A DNA stretch of 64,000 bases from an uncultured Candidatus Saccharibacteria bacterium (GTDB taxonomy: Bacteria > Patescibacteriota > Saccharimonadia > Saccharimonadales > CAZICT01): positions 2,013 through 66,012 of the forward strand of contig CAZICT010000003.1 of assembly GCA_964537935.1 (NCBI GenBank). The letters are read 5' to 3'. The notes beneath the pieces are model-generated. The model saw nothing but the letters and a program-made list of their open reading frames with translations, made no database searches and had not been told where the DNA came from. This document shows, piece after piece, positions 47,398-57,510 of the stretch. The translations under genes and the position numbers were made by a program. How positions within the stretch are numbered: position 1 is the stretch's first letter; each line of letters begins with the position of its first letter.

Positions 47398-48354
47398 ATG
47401 TCTAGCCAAAGAAGTCAAACGCATAATCGAACTATCAGACGCGGACAATATGACACGCACCGTCACTCGCAAAATTCGGCGCGCCTTCAGCCTAGCGACA
47501 AAAGCAAAACAGTTACGGGTAAATCAGAAAAAAACGACCAAAAACCCAAGTCAAAAAATACCACTACGGCGCCCAAAACAAAGTCTAAACCGGCATTACC
47601 ACGTCAATCGCGGTCTATGGTGCTTGCTCGACCATCCCTAAAACCAAAAAAGAAAAAAATTCGTAAAAAAAGTCTCAGGCGTCCAAAAGTAGGCCTTAAA
47701 CATGCGGTTCTACTTTTTATGGTAATAGTTAACGCTGTGCTAAGCGCTGTATATGTAGTGCCCCACTTAAGAGGTGAGCATAGTGAAGACCCAATGGATG
47801 TAGTAGCCGTCAATACTATAACGACGGATTCGGCGGACATTCAAAACAGTGGCCATGCAGATGAAACTGAAGTACTTGGCGAGGTCATATCAAATTACGA
47901 AGTAGCCCATGATCTACCGCGACTGCTTATTATTGACAAGATCGGTGTAAAAGCGCGCGTGAAACGGGTCGGTGTCGGTCCTGCAGGAGCCATGCTGACG
48001 CCGAGCAACATCAACGATGTCGGTTGGTATGATGGCAGCGTCAAGCCAGGTGAAAAAGGCGCGGTTGTACTTAACGGGCATATCACCGGCGCATCAAGGC
48101 CGGGAGTGTTTGACAGGCTCGGTTCACTGAAAGAGAATGATGTACTTAAGATTGAGCGCGGCGACGGAAAAATTGTCAATTATAAAGTCGTCGGTTTTGA
48201 TAGCGTTGAACGAGGAAAGCTTAAGTTAGATACTTTGGTCGAATCAAAAGACCCGAGCAAACCTGGCCTGAATATAGTGACGGCCTCGGTTAGATTCGAC
48301 GTACGAACCAACAAATTTGAACCACATTTAATCCTCTACACCGTACAGCAATAG
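47398..48354 (+). CDS. sortase-fold (class E/F-like) membrane protein lacking the catalytic cysteine
   Basis: Lys-rich N-terminus, TM helix, then VGWYDGSVKPGEKGAVVLNGHITG..VFDRL..L..ND and NIVTASVRFD where sortases have TLxTC. The product contains no Cys at all. Confidence 0.6.
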   Translation: MSSQRSQTHNRTIRRGQYDTHRHSQNSARLQPSDKSKTVTGKSEKNDQKPKSKNTTTAPKTKSKPALPRQSRSMVLARPSLKPKKKKIRKKSLRRPKVGLKHAVLLFMVIVNAVLSAVYVVPHLRGEHSEDPMDVVAVNTITTDSADIQNSGHADETEVLGEVISNYEVAHDLPRLLIIDKIGVKARVKRVGVGPAGAMLTPSNINDVGWYDGSVKPGEKGAVVLNGHITGASRPGVFDRLGSLKENDVLKIERGDGKIVNYKVVGFDSVERGKLKLDTLVESKDPSKPGLNIVTASVRFDVRTNKFEPHLILYTVQQ

Positions 48355-48542
48355 CTATTGTTGACCAAGCCTGTTCTATGAGCGTATATTTGTAGTCAGG
48401 ATTTGATGCTGGGAGAAAAAGCCAAAAGCAAAGTCCACTTTGTTATATTTAATGTTTGATTATCTAAAGATATTGTCAAAGAGCTAATGAAGTGAAAGTG
48501 ATTGCTCGCTAGACATCTTTAGTGCCGATAGAAAGGGAAAAT

Positions 48543-50057
48543 ATGGAACCTATCACTCTTCTGCTGGTAGCGGTTGGAGCAGCGGCAGGGTTTGGCGCGA
48601 GCACGTACGCGACCAAAAAGAAGCTGGGCTCTGCGGAAGCACAAGTTGAAAAAGAACTGAAGAAAGCTCGTAAGGAAGCAGAAAAATTATTAGAAGAAGC
48701 AAGAACCGAAGCCGCGGAAATCGCTGAAACAGCCCGTAAGGATGAAAGTGCACGGCGTAAGGAATTGAAGACAATCGAGCAGCGGTTATTGGACCGTGAG
48801 GAAAACCTTGATAAAAAACTCGATGATCTTGATAAGCGGACTGAATCTTTGCGCAAGGGTGAGGATGAAGTTGAACAGCTTAAAAATGAAATTCGTGAAA
48901 TTAGAGTTCGTCAGCAGGACAAGCTGGAAAAAATCGCTAAGCTTACCAAAAAAGAAGCTGCAGAAAAGCTTATGCAGATGACAGAACGCGATATACGCAA
49001 TGATCTGACCGGGCTTATCAATAAACTGCAAAACGAAGCCAAAGAGCTTGCTGAGGAAAAGGCGTCGACGATTATCGTTGAGGCCATGGAGCGTATGGCA
49101 AGCGAAGTGACTGCCGAGCGAACAGTAACAGCGGTCAAGCTTGATGATGAGGATATGAAGGGCCGTATCATCGGTAAAGAGGGGCGAAATATCCAGGCAT
49201 TACAACGTGCCACAGGCGTAGATATCATGGTGGACGATACTCCGGGCATGATAATCTTAAGCTCCTTTGATCCGGTACGGCGTGAGGTAGCTCGTCGGGC
49301 GCTTGAAATGCTGCTCAAAGACGGTCGTGTACATCCTGGCCGAATCGAAGAAGTCGTTGAAAAAGCTCAAAAAGAAGTCAACAAAGATGTTATCCGCGCC
49401 GGAGAAGATGCTGCCCGTGAAGTCGGCATCATCGGTATTCCAAAAGAAATTTTACAGCTGCTTGGAGAACTTAAGTTCCGCACCAGTTACGGTCAGAATG
49501 TACTCAAGCATAGTACTGAAATGGCGCACATGGCCGGAGTAATTGCCGAACAGATAGGCGCGGACGTGAAGACCGCCAAATATGCAGCCCTAATACACGA
49601 TATCGGCAAAGCATTGACTCATAAAGTCGAAGGTAAGCATCACCATATCGGTGCTGAAATTGCCCGTAAATATGGTGTGCCGGATCCGATTGTTCACGCT
49701 GTAGAAGCTCACCACGACGACATAGAGGCTACTACGGTTGAAGCTTTGGTTATCCGTGTAGTTGATGCCATCAGCGCAGCCCGTCCCGGTGCTCGTAATA
49801 TTTCTGCTGAAAACTTTGCGGAACGCATGCGCGACCTTGAGAACGTCGCCAACAGCTTTGAGGGCATTGAGAAATCTTATGCCATAAGTGCCGGCCGTGA
49901 GGTACGGGTCTTTGTCCGTCCTGGAGATGTTGATGACCTGACCGCTATCAAGCTGGCCCGCGATATTGCCACCAAGATCGAGTCAACGATGCAGTACCCC
50001 GGTACCATCAAGGTTAACGTTATCCGCGAAACCCGTGCTATAGAATTCGCCAAGTAG
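48543..50057 (+). CDS. rny: ribonuclease Y
   Basis: N-terminal TM helix, coiled coil, KH domain (GRIIGKEGRNIQ), HD domain (HDIGK). The GTG start at 48522 was trimmed to the ATG after GAAAGGGAAAA. Confidence 0.96.
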   Translation: MEPITLLLVAVGAAAGFGASTYATKKKLGSAEAQVEKELKKARKEAEKLLEEARTEAAEIAETARKDESARRKELKTIEQRLLDREENLDKKLDDLDKRTESLRKGEDEVEQLKNEIREIRVRQQDKLEKIAKLTKKEAAEKLMQMTERDIRNDLTGLINKLQNEAKELAEEKASTIIVEAMERMASEVTAERTVTAVKLDDEDMKGRIIGKEGRNIQALQRATGVDIMVDDTPGMIILSSFDPVRREVARRALEMLLKDGRVHPGRIEEVVEKAQKEVNKDVIRAGEDAAREVGIIGIPKEILQLLGELKFRTSYGQNVLKHSTEMAHMAGVIAEQIGADVKTAKYAALIHDIGKALTHKVEGKHHHIGAEIARKYGVPDPIVHAVEAHHDDIEATTVEALVIRVVDAISAARPGARNISAENFAERMRDLENVANSFEGIEKSYAISAGREVRVFVRPGDVDDLTAIKLARDIATKIESTMQYPGTIKVNVIRETRAIEFAK

Positions 50058-50059
50058 AC

Positions 50060-50551
50060 ATGCCGTTCTTTAGCCACGAAGAAAACAGACGCCATCATAA
50101 CAGCCTGCCAGCCAAGCCGATGTCAGCCGGCGTGGTTTTTAGGGACGAGTCCGGCAAGATTATGCTGGTTAAGCCGAATTACCGCGACTTTTGGATTGTT
50201 CCTGGCGGTAATATCGATGAAAACGAATCGCCGCTTAACTGTGCGGTCCGTGAAGTAAAAGAAGAAATTGGTCTAGAGATTAGGCCTAGGCAATTGTCTT
50301 TCCGCTTAGTGGATTACCGACCAACACATGACGGTTTTAGCGACAAACTTAATTTTTACTTTGACGGCGGTACATTGAACCCAGAGCAAATCGACCAAAT
50401 CAAATTACAAGAAGAAGAATTGGACGAATACCGTTTTGTAACGCTTGATGAAGTTATAGAACTGAGTAGTGACTGGACAGCTCGACAGATACGGTTTGCC
50501 ATAAGTCAGGGCGGCCCGTTTTATCTAGAAGGCGGCCGACAGGTAAAGTAG
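50060..50551 (+). CDS. Nudix hydrolase
   Basis: Nudix box GGNIDENESPLNCAVREVKEEIGLE. Confidence 0.88.
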   Translation: MPFFSHEENRRHHNSLPAKPMSAGVVFRDESGKIMLVKPNYRDFWIVPGGNIDENESPLNCAVREVKEEIGLEIRPRQLSFRLVDYRPTHDGFSDKLNFYFDGGTLNPEQIDQIKLQEEELDEYRFVTLDEVIELSSDWTARQIRFAISQGGPFYLEGGRQVK

Positions 50552-50616
50552 ATTAATTAAATTTAGCTAAGTATTTGAACAATTTCCGTCACCGGTTATA
50601 CTTAAACATAAGTAAT

Positions 50617-53600
50617 ATGACAAGGTGCATGGGGATTCTGCATAGCAGTGGTGCGGTCTGGCGTAAGTCAAGGTCAGTCAGATTATTCGGAATCATTGCA
50701 ACACTACTAGTCAGTCAATTTAGTTTTCTGATTATGAGCACGACCAAGGTGGGTGCAGCGCCTGGTGATGGGCATATGCTGTTATTTTGGGATGGCGGAT
50801 CGGCTCCAAGTGGCTGGTCTTGTGTTTCTTGTAGTCCTGGCGATCCGTTTTATCAACGTTTCCCAAGAGCAAATCAAACTTACGGAGCTGTCGGTGGTAG
50901 TGCATCTCACAGTCATACGGTAACTGCAGTAGCAGATGCCTCAACTGCGACCGCCTCATTTGCTACAAGTGGAACTGCCATAGCCGACCGCACCCATAGC
51001 CACTCTGCTAGCGCGACAGTTAGCACAGTTTCCAGTCTGCCTGGCTATCGACAACTCAACATAATTCGACGTGATAATCCAGGGGAGCCCGGCACACTGC
51101 CAGCAGGAGCTATCGCTTTATTTGACGAAGCGGTGCCAAGCGGTTGGACGAGGTACGCTGCTCAAGACGGATATTATCCTTATGGGGGCTCCAGCGCTGG
51201 ATCCACCGGCGGCAATAACAATCACAACCATACCGTAAACGGAAGCCTGGATACAGCTAGCGGCATCACTCAAGGACAGGTTAACTTTTTTGGATCTCCT
51301 TCGGCGCGCTCCAACCACACTCATACTTTCAGTGGAACCAACAACTCGGTCAATCATGAACCGCCATACATTACAGCCATATTCGGAAAGCTCAACTCAG
51401 TGTCGACGTCTCCCGATGGCATGTTAGCCATGTGGGATGATGATGCGCCAAGCAATTGGACGATACAATCCGGCAGTTCAGGCAGTTTTTACCAACGGTT
51501 TATTAAGGGATCGGCTACCTACGGAAGTATTGGTGGCACGTTAAGTCATACACATAATGACCATAGTGTAGTTTCTAGCGGTCCTTCCGGCGGTTCGCTA
51601 AGTAGTTTAGGTGGAAGTCAAACAGCTTCAGGCTCTCATACTCATCAAGTGCATTTAACTAATTATTCAACCGAAGATAATATACCGCCTTATCGTGATG
51701 TAATAATTGCCAAGCGCGTACCGCAATCAGAAACCAATCTAGCGGCTTATAGGGTCTATAAAAACCATAATTCAACTGATATAGGTGAGCCATTAGCCAA
51801 TCAAAACACGATTGGCACGACCCCTAAAAAAGGCCGCACTTTTCGGGTGCGTATGCTCATAACAGTTACCAGCGCCAATCTTGGTATAGCCAATAAGGTA
51901 TTCAAGCTTCAAGTAGCCGAGCGCTCCGGCACGTGTGATACCGGTTTTATTGGTGAGACGTATAGCGACATTACTTCATCTGAAGGTAATATTAGATTTG
52001 CTGATAATACAAACGCTGCAGACGGCGCCAGTCTCACAGTCAATGCTGCCGATCCAACCAGCAGCAACCCAATAATTGCTCAAACCTACGAAGAGGATAA
52101 TACCTTTACCAATAATGCCGAAATCGCAATCGGCCAAGATGGTATGTGGGACTTTGCACTTGTTGATTATGCATCAAACGCATCCACCAGCTATTGCCTC
52201 AGAGTTGTGTATGGTGACGGTACGCTGCTGGATGACTATAGTGTCATTCCTCAAATAATTACCGATGATGGAAGCGGACACATGCTGCTGTACTATGCCG
52301 GAACAACCGTACCCTCCGGTTGGGAGTGTGTTTCATGTTTGCCAGAGGATGATCTCTACCAGCGTTTCGCACGCGGTTCAGATGCTTATGGCGCCAAAGG
52401 CGGATCGGCAACTCATAGCCACAGCGCTGACGGAAGTGTCGGTGGATCAAGCACTAATACTGTCAGCACCAATGCCAATAATGGAATATCAACCAATAGT
52501 CACACCCACACATTCAATCCAATAATCAGCAATACTAATTTATTGCCCCAGTACCGACAGTTAAAAATCATTCGAGCCGAAGTTAGCGGAGTACCCAACC
52601 AGCTGCCTGCTGGAGTTATTGCGATTTTTGACGGCACATTGCCGACTGGATGGACGCGTTATTCAGCTCAAGACGGGTATTACATAAGGGGTGAAAATAC
52701 CGTAGGAACAACAGGCGGAAGCAATACTCACAGCCACTCCATAACCGGAACCACAGGGGCGGCAGTAGGTGAAGCTGGGTCAGGCGGCGGCATATTTGGA
52801 TTAGTTTCGGCGGCCGTGCATGGACACACTCATAACGTCAACGGATCTACCAACTCGGTTAATCATGAACCGTTATATCGAGCGGTCATACTGGCCAGAT
52901 TGAATTCTGCCAGCCCGGCTCCCCTAAATATCATTGCGATGTGGGATGAGACTCCGCCGCTTTCCTGGACTCGTATGTCCGACGAAGGAGGTCCTTTATA
53001 CGAACGATTTACCAAAGCAGCGGCTACCTACGGTGGAACCGGTGGCAACGCCAGTCACTCCCATGCCAATGTAAACATCAACACTTCGGGTCCGAGCATA
53101 ACTACCAATGTTGCCAATAACGGCACTAACTCAAGCGGTTCTCATACGCACACTGTTACGGTGTCGAACATATCGTCTGAAGACAATCTTCCGCCGTATA
53201 CGGATGTAATTTATGCCAAGCAGGGCGCACTAAACACAGCACCTTATTCACCGGCTAACAGCCAGCAGTTACGTTCGAGCGATAATAGCCCAATTACGGT
53301 AGGCGCCTACTCAAACGGTTCACAGGTTACTTTCAGAGCTGAAGTCGAGGATCCTGATCCGGTAGACAGTCTACAGTTGTGTATAGAGATTGAGCTAATC
53401 GGGACAAATTTTGATAACAATCCCACGCAGTGTGGTGCCAGCGTGGACTACACAGGAGAACCGGTAGAGGCTGAAATGACGATCAATGGCCTGAGCGATG
53501 GGGCAAGCTACCACTGGCAGGCACGAGTTAAGGACGGCGGCGGCGCGATCTCTTCGTGGACAGCTTTTGGAGGTAATCCGGAAAATCAGGCTGATTTTAT

Positions 53601-54429
53601 AATGGACAGTTCGGCGCCGACCGGCTCGGTTTATGATGGTGACATCACTGGTTCCGATCAGGAATATAACGACGGGGCACTGGATAATTTATCGGCAAAC
53701 TGGGAATTTACAGATAGCGGCTCTGGGTTAATGGGTTATGAATATGCGATTGGAACAGCGCCTTCATCCACGGATATCAAACCGTATACCAGCGTTGGAC
53801 TGAATGACAGTGTGACAGCGCCTTCCTTGGCGCTTACCACCACGCAGGTTTATTATTTCAGTATTCGAGCTGTCGATAACGCTGGCAACGAAAACGTTAT
53901 TTCATCGGACGGCCAGCTGGTAGCTCCGTCAATATCATTCTCGGCAAGCACCGGCAGCATAACCTTTAACGGACTTAACCCTGGTAATGGCTACACCGAT
54001 ACGCAAACCACAACACTACAAACGACCACCAACGCCAAAAACGGCTATGTTATCAGAGCATACGCAACCGGCTTACTTACTTCTTCGAATGGGGAAACAA
54101 TCGATATGTTTGATGGCGGTACATATGCAAATCCCGATAGATGGAATCCAAATGACAAGGGGTTTGGCTACACTTCCAGCGACACCCTTGTGCAAGGTGT
54201 CAACAAATTTCATGCACCTATGTGTTTTGACGGCGGTACCAATTCTTGTTTTGCACCTTATTCCTTAACGTCACCAGGTGACATTGTTGCCGATAATCCT
54301 GGCCCGGTTTCCGGAACAGCAATATTAAATGAGATATTCACTATCACGCATAGAGTTACTACAAACAACGTGCAAGAGACGGGTAAATATACAACTACTC
54401 TGGTGTTCAATGCTTCGGTTTCGTTTTAG
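50617..54429 (+). CDS. giant secreted/surface protein with 2 x 3 tail-collar-like HxH modules and Ig/Fn3-like C-terminal domains
   Basis: N-terminal hydrophobic segment. Six modules of the form x-F/W-D..P.GW..(x)..Y.RF..YG..GG..HxH...HxH...(E/D)xxPPY. The start is uncertain (50575 TTG, 50617 or 50629 ATG). Confidence 0.75.
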   Translation: MTRCMGILHSSGAVWRKSRSVRLFGIIATLLVSQFSFLIMSTTKVGAAPGDGHMLLFWDGGSAPSGWSCVSCSPGDPFYQRFPRANQTYGAVGGSASHSHTVTAVADASTATASFATSGTAIADRTHSHSASATVSTVSSLPGYRQLNIIRRDNPGEPGTLPAGAIALFDEAVPSGWTRYAAQDGYYPYGGSSAGSTGGNNNHNHTVNGSLDTASGITQGQVNFFGSPSARSNHTHTFSGTNNSVNHEPPYITAIFGKLNSVSTSPDGMLAMWDDDAPSNWTIQSGSSGSFYQRFIKGSATYGSIGGTLSHTHNDHSVVSSGPSGGSLSSLGGSQTASGSHTHQVHLTNYSTEDNIPPYRDVIIAKRVPQSETNLAAYRVYKNHNSTDIGEPLANQNTIGTTPKKGRTFRVRMLITVTSANLGIANKVFKLQVAERSGTCDTGFIGETYSDITSSEGNIRFADNTNAADGASLTVNAADPTSSNPIIAQTYEEDNTFTNNAEIAIGQDGMWDFALVDYASNASTSYCLRVVYGDGTLLDDYSVIPQIITDDGSGHMLLYYAGTTVPSGWECVSCLPEDDLYQRFARGSDAYGAKGGSATHSHSADGSVGGSSTNTVSTNANNGISTNSHTHTFNPIISNTNLLPQYRQLKIIRAEVSGVPNQLPAGVIAIFDGTLPTGWTRYSAQDGYYIRGENTVGTTGGSNTHSHSITGTTGAAVGEAGSGGGIFGLVSAAVHGHTHNVNGSTNSVNHEPLYRAVILARLNSASPAPLNIIAMWDETPPLSWTRMSDEGGPLYERFTKAAATYGGTGGNASHSHANVNINTSGPSITTNVANNGTNSSGSHTHTVTVSNISSEDNLPPYTDVIYAKQGALNTAPYSPANSQQLRSSDNSPITVGAYSNGSQVTFRAEVEDPDPVDSLQLCIEIELIGTNFDNNPTQCGASVDYTGEPVEAEMTINGLSDGASYHWQARVKDGGGAISSWTAFGGNPENQADFIMDSSAPTGSVYDGDITGSDQEYNDGALDNLSANWEFTDSGSGLMGYEYAIGTAPSSTDIKPYTSVGLNDSVTAPSLALTTTQVYYFSIRAVDNAGNENVISSDGQLVAPSISFSASTGSITFNGLNPGNGYTDTQTTTLQTTTNAKNGYVIRAYATGLLTSSNGETIDMFDGGTYANPDRWNPNDKGFGYTSSDTLVQGVNKFHAPMCFDGGTNSCFAPYSLTSPGDIVADNPGPVSGTAILNEIFTITHRVTTNNVQETGKYTTTLVFNASVSF
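50764..51717 (+). repeat. intragenic repeat set A (three tail-collar-like modules)
   Basis: GDGHMLLFWDGG..SGWSCVSC.. through ..DNIPPYRDVIIAKR. Collinear with set B at 52270-53223. Confidence 0.8.
52270..53223 (+). repeat. intragenic repeat set B (three tail-collar-like modules)
   Basis: GSGHMLLYYAGT..SGWECVSC.. through ..DNLPPYTDVIYAKQ. Module-by-module counterpart of set A. Confidence 0.8.
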
Positions 54430-55357
54430 GTTTTGGCTGGTCTTTGTAGGTTTTTTGTTGTTTTTGCCGCTAAAAAACCATAGCTTGAATGCCCAGCAAA
54501 CCGTGGCGCCAACCATAAATGTCGCACCGGCCGTGATTGAAACTACTGTTAAGCCGGGAGAGGAGATCGAGCGGTTCGTGACAATTCGTGTGGATGGAGA
54601 AAATAGCCTGCCAATCAGTGTCCAAGTCCATCCTTTGTACGTGAACAGCGAATTACTTGACCCTTTAGACACCTCGAGATACGACTTCAAAAAACACATT
54701 TCGATAGACAATACCGATTTTATTGTTAATCCTGGAAAACCTGCCAAAATAAGGCTCAAGATCACTCCGCCGGAAGATTCGAGTGGCGGTTACTACGCCC
54801 AGCTGAACGTAAGGAGCCTGTATATTGAGGATACGCCCAGCTCACCTAGTAGCGCCAGAGTATTTCCGGAAGTGAGCGTGCCGATATTGCTTTCAACTAA
54901 CCAGGAAGTTATTAATGACGCACAGATTCCAACCAAAAATATATTTCCCTGGCAGTCAGCACCAAATCAAACCAGAGTTGCCACATTCGAGCTCGAAAAC
55001 ACCGGCAACATTCATAATCTTATGACTCCACAGGTGATTATTACCAGAAATGGACAAGAGGTTGAAAGCTTTACCGCGCAACCGTTTGTACTGTTGCCTA
55101 ATTCCCGGAAGCAGGTTGATATAAGTTGGCAGGTGCCGCAGGACTATGGGGTATACGAAGCGTCTATCAGTATGCAGCTTGGCGGTGAAGGGTTTACGAT
55201 TGATACTCCTAAGGAAAGGGTTATCGTTATGCCCAGCCCGCTTAGCATGCTGATATTTATAATTCTCATATGCTTGGGCGCTTATATTTTAGTTAATAAA
55301 AACAGGTTTATAAAGGCAGTAAAGGTACTTATTAATCCGGATAAAAAAATAACTTAA
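54410..55357 (+). CDS. DUF916/DUF3324-like (CscA-like) surface protein with C-terminal TM anchor
   Basis: Signal peptide MLRFRFRFWLVFVGFLLFLPL, two beta-sandwich-like halves, C-terminal TM helix plus basic tail. The ORF-track start at 54329 was trimmed. Confidence 0.5.
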   Translation: MLRFRFRFWLVFVGFLLFLPLKNHSLNAQQTVAPTINVAPAVIETTVKPGEEIERFVTIRVDGENSLPISVQVHPLYVNSELLDPLDTSRYDFKKHISIDNTDFIVNPGKPAKIRLKITPPEDSSGGYYAQLNVRSLYIEDTPSSPSSARVFPEVSVPILLSTNQEVINDAQIPTKNIFPWQSAPNQTRVATFELENTGNIHNLMTPQVIITRNGQEVESFTAQPFVLLPNSRKQVDISWQVPQDYGVYEASISMQLGGEGFTIDTPKERVIVMPSPLSMLIFIILICLGAYILVNKNRFIKAVKVLINPDKKIT

Positions 55358-55425
55358 TCTTCTTGTGCTTTTTAAAATGTTTATGTAAAGTATATTTAAC
55401 TTCAGACTATGAAGAGCAACACTAA

Positions 55426-56490
55426 ATGGGGGAAACAATGAAGACTATGACTGGTAGGCCAACGGCGCTTGTGGTGTTGGCTGCTTTATTAATGGCGACG
55501 CTTATTCCGGCAGCTCGGGTTATTGCTTTGACGAATAGCTCTCTTGCTCTGTCCGATCCGCGTACCAATCAAACAAACGTCAGTTATACGTTGAGCGTAA
55601 ACGGCTTGGCCGGCTCATCAATACAATGTATTGATATCTTTTTAAACACAGCTGCCGATGGCTCCGGCTCGGCGGTGCCTGGTATCGATACGTCCTCATT
55701 TGACCTTAGCAGTTCAACCGCTCTTACAGTGGGTTCATGGACTGAGAACACATCGGTAAACGGCCGGCTTCGCATCACGAGTGCAGGTGAAACGCCCAGC
55801 GCAAACGGCAACTTTGTATTTACGGGTATAAATAACGGCTCGAACACCGGAACCACTTATTACGCGGTATTTACCTCGTACTCAACTTCCGGGTGTACCG
55901 GTGGCAGCGAAGTTGACGAAGTATCGGTAGCTTTCGTTTACACCGATGGTGAATTGGTTGAACTTACCGTAGAACCAACATTGACCTTCAGCGTTAACAG
56001 CGTTGGATCAGGAGAAGACGTAAATTCTGTTCAAACCACTGCGGCTTCTTCTGCCAGTGGTATAGATTTCGGCAATAATGTAACTCAAGCCGCAAACGGG
56101 ATTTCAGCACACGATCTTGTTGTGACCACCAACGCGGTCGGCGGCTACACCGTATATATTCGCCACACCGGTAATCTTTCAAACGGTTCGCATGACATTG
56201 ACAATCATAGTGGTACCAATGCGTCACCAACTAGTTTTCCGGGTGTAGGTACCGAGGCTTGGGGATATGCGACTGAAGACAGCTCGCTCGCAGGCGGCAC
56301 GGCTAATCGCTTTACGACAGGCAATAACTGGGCTGGCTTTAGCGAAACCAACCAACCGGTAATGGACAACACCTCAGCTACGGTCGGTACCGACACGACT
56401 CGCGTCGGTCACCAAGTAGGTATTGCTGCTACCACCCCGGCAGGCTCATACCAAACCACCATAGTCTACACGGTTACCTCCACATACTAG
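55426..56490 (+). CDS. secreted beta-rich surface/fibre subunit candidate (WxL- or SCPU-like C-terminal strand)
   Basis: Signal peptide, Ser/Thr/Gly/Asn-rich, ends TTPAGSYQTTIVYTVTSTY. The start may be 55438. Confidence 0.45.
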   Translation: MGETMKTMTGRPTALVVLAALLMATLIPAARVIALTNSSLALSDPRTNQTNVSYTLSVNGLAGSSIQCIDIFLNTAADGSGSAVPGIDTSSFDLSSSTALTVGSWTENTSVNGRLRITSAGETPSANGNFVFTGINNGSNTGTTYYAVFTSYSTSGCTGGSEVDEVSVAFVYTDGELVELTVEPTLTFSVNSVGSGEDVNSVQTTAASSASGIDFGNNVTQAANGISAHDLVVTTNAVGGYTVYIRHTGNLSNGSHDIDNHSGTNASPTSFPGVGTEAWGYATEDSSLAGGTANRFTTGNNWAGFSETNQPVMDNTSATVGTDTTRVGHQVGIAATTPAGSYQTTIVYTVTSTY

Positions 56491-56556
56491 TAGTGCTTTG
56501 CATATCGGTGTGTCCGGTCTACAATATATTCAACAGTTAAAAAATACGGTGTTTGA

Positions 56557-57510
56557 GTGAGGAAACGACAAATCTTTTATGCGGCAGTTGCTTTCGTAGT
56601 CTCGGGAGCAACTGCTGTATTTGGTATCAACCTAATTCATGCCCAAGAAACTGAAAATCAGATTACATTGGCTGTTTCACCCCAGAGCCTGGATCTGACC
56701 GCTAATCCGGGCGAAAAGCTTACCAACACATTCCGTCTTACTAATGCTTCGAATGAAGCGGTCGAAATCGCAGTAGCTACAAAAAACTTTGTCCCGAGGG
56801 GCGAAGAAGGAGCAGTTGATCTTACGACCGATACGACCGGATTTTCGTTGGCGGAATGGATGGAGGTTCAGCCGCAAACCGTAAACCTCGGTGCGGGGAA
56901 GACAGAAGATTTTAAGGTTGATATCTCAGTCCCGGACGAAGCAGAACCGGGCAGTCACTTTGGATCGGTGGTATTCAGTACGGTGCCACAGGAAAGGGAA
57001 GGTACGGCAGCAGCAGTTTCTCAGGAAATTGCTCCGGTTATCCTGGTGCGTGTAGCTGGCGAAGTGGAAGAGTCGGCTCGCATAGTCGATTTTAAGGCCG
57101 ATAAATCTTTTTATAGCAACGAAGATAGCGTTACGCTCACGTCACGCATAGAAAATACCGGCAGTGTTCACTTCAAGCCGGCCGGAAAAATCGAAATAAA
57201 AAACATGTTCGGTAAAAAAGTCACAGAAATCGAACTTGATAAAAGGAATGTGCTTCCGGGGTCAGTCAGACAAATACCAACTACATGGGATAGCAGCGGT
57301 TTTAAGATTGGTCGGTATAAAGCGACACTCACGCTGGTTCTAGGTGACGGCAATATTATAGAAACAGACGAAACAACCATAACGTTCTTCCCGTACCAAG
57401 TTATCGTACCGGTAATACTCGTGATTGCGTTGGTTGTGTTTGGGATTGTCAGATATCGACAGCGCATAAAGTTGGCCCTAAGAGTACTTAGAGGCAAAGA
57501 CAATTCGTAG
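56557..57510 (+). CDS. DUF916/DUF3324-like (CscA-like) surface protein with C-terminal TM anchor
   Basis: ITLAVSPQSLDLTANPGEKLTNTFRLTN..., ..EPGSHFGSVVFS.., C-terminal TM helix plus RYRQRIK. Paralogous architecture to 54410-55357. Confidence 0.5.
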   Translation: MRKRQIFYAAVAFVVSGATAVFGINLIHAQETENQITLAVSPQSLDLTANPGEKLTNTFRLTNASNEAVEIAVATKNFVPRGEEGAVDLTTDTTGFSLAEWMEVQPQTVNLGAGKTEDFKVDISVPDEAEPGSHFGSVVFSTVPQEREGTAAAVSQEIAPVILVRVAGEVEESARIVDFKADKSFYSNEDSVTLTSRIENTGSVHFKPAGKIEIKNMFGKKVTEIELDKRNVLPGSVRQIPTTWDSSGFKIGRYKATLTLVLGDGNIIETDETTITFFPYQVIVPVILVIALVVFGIVRYRQRIKLALRVLRGKDNS

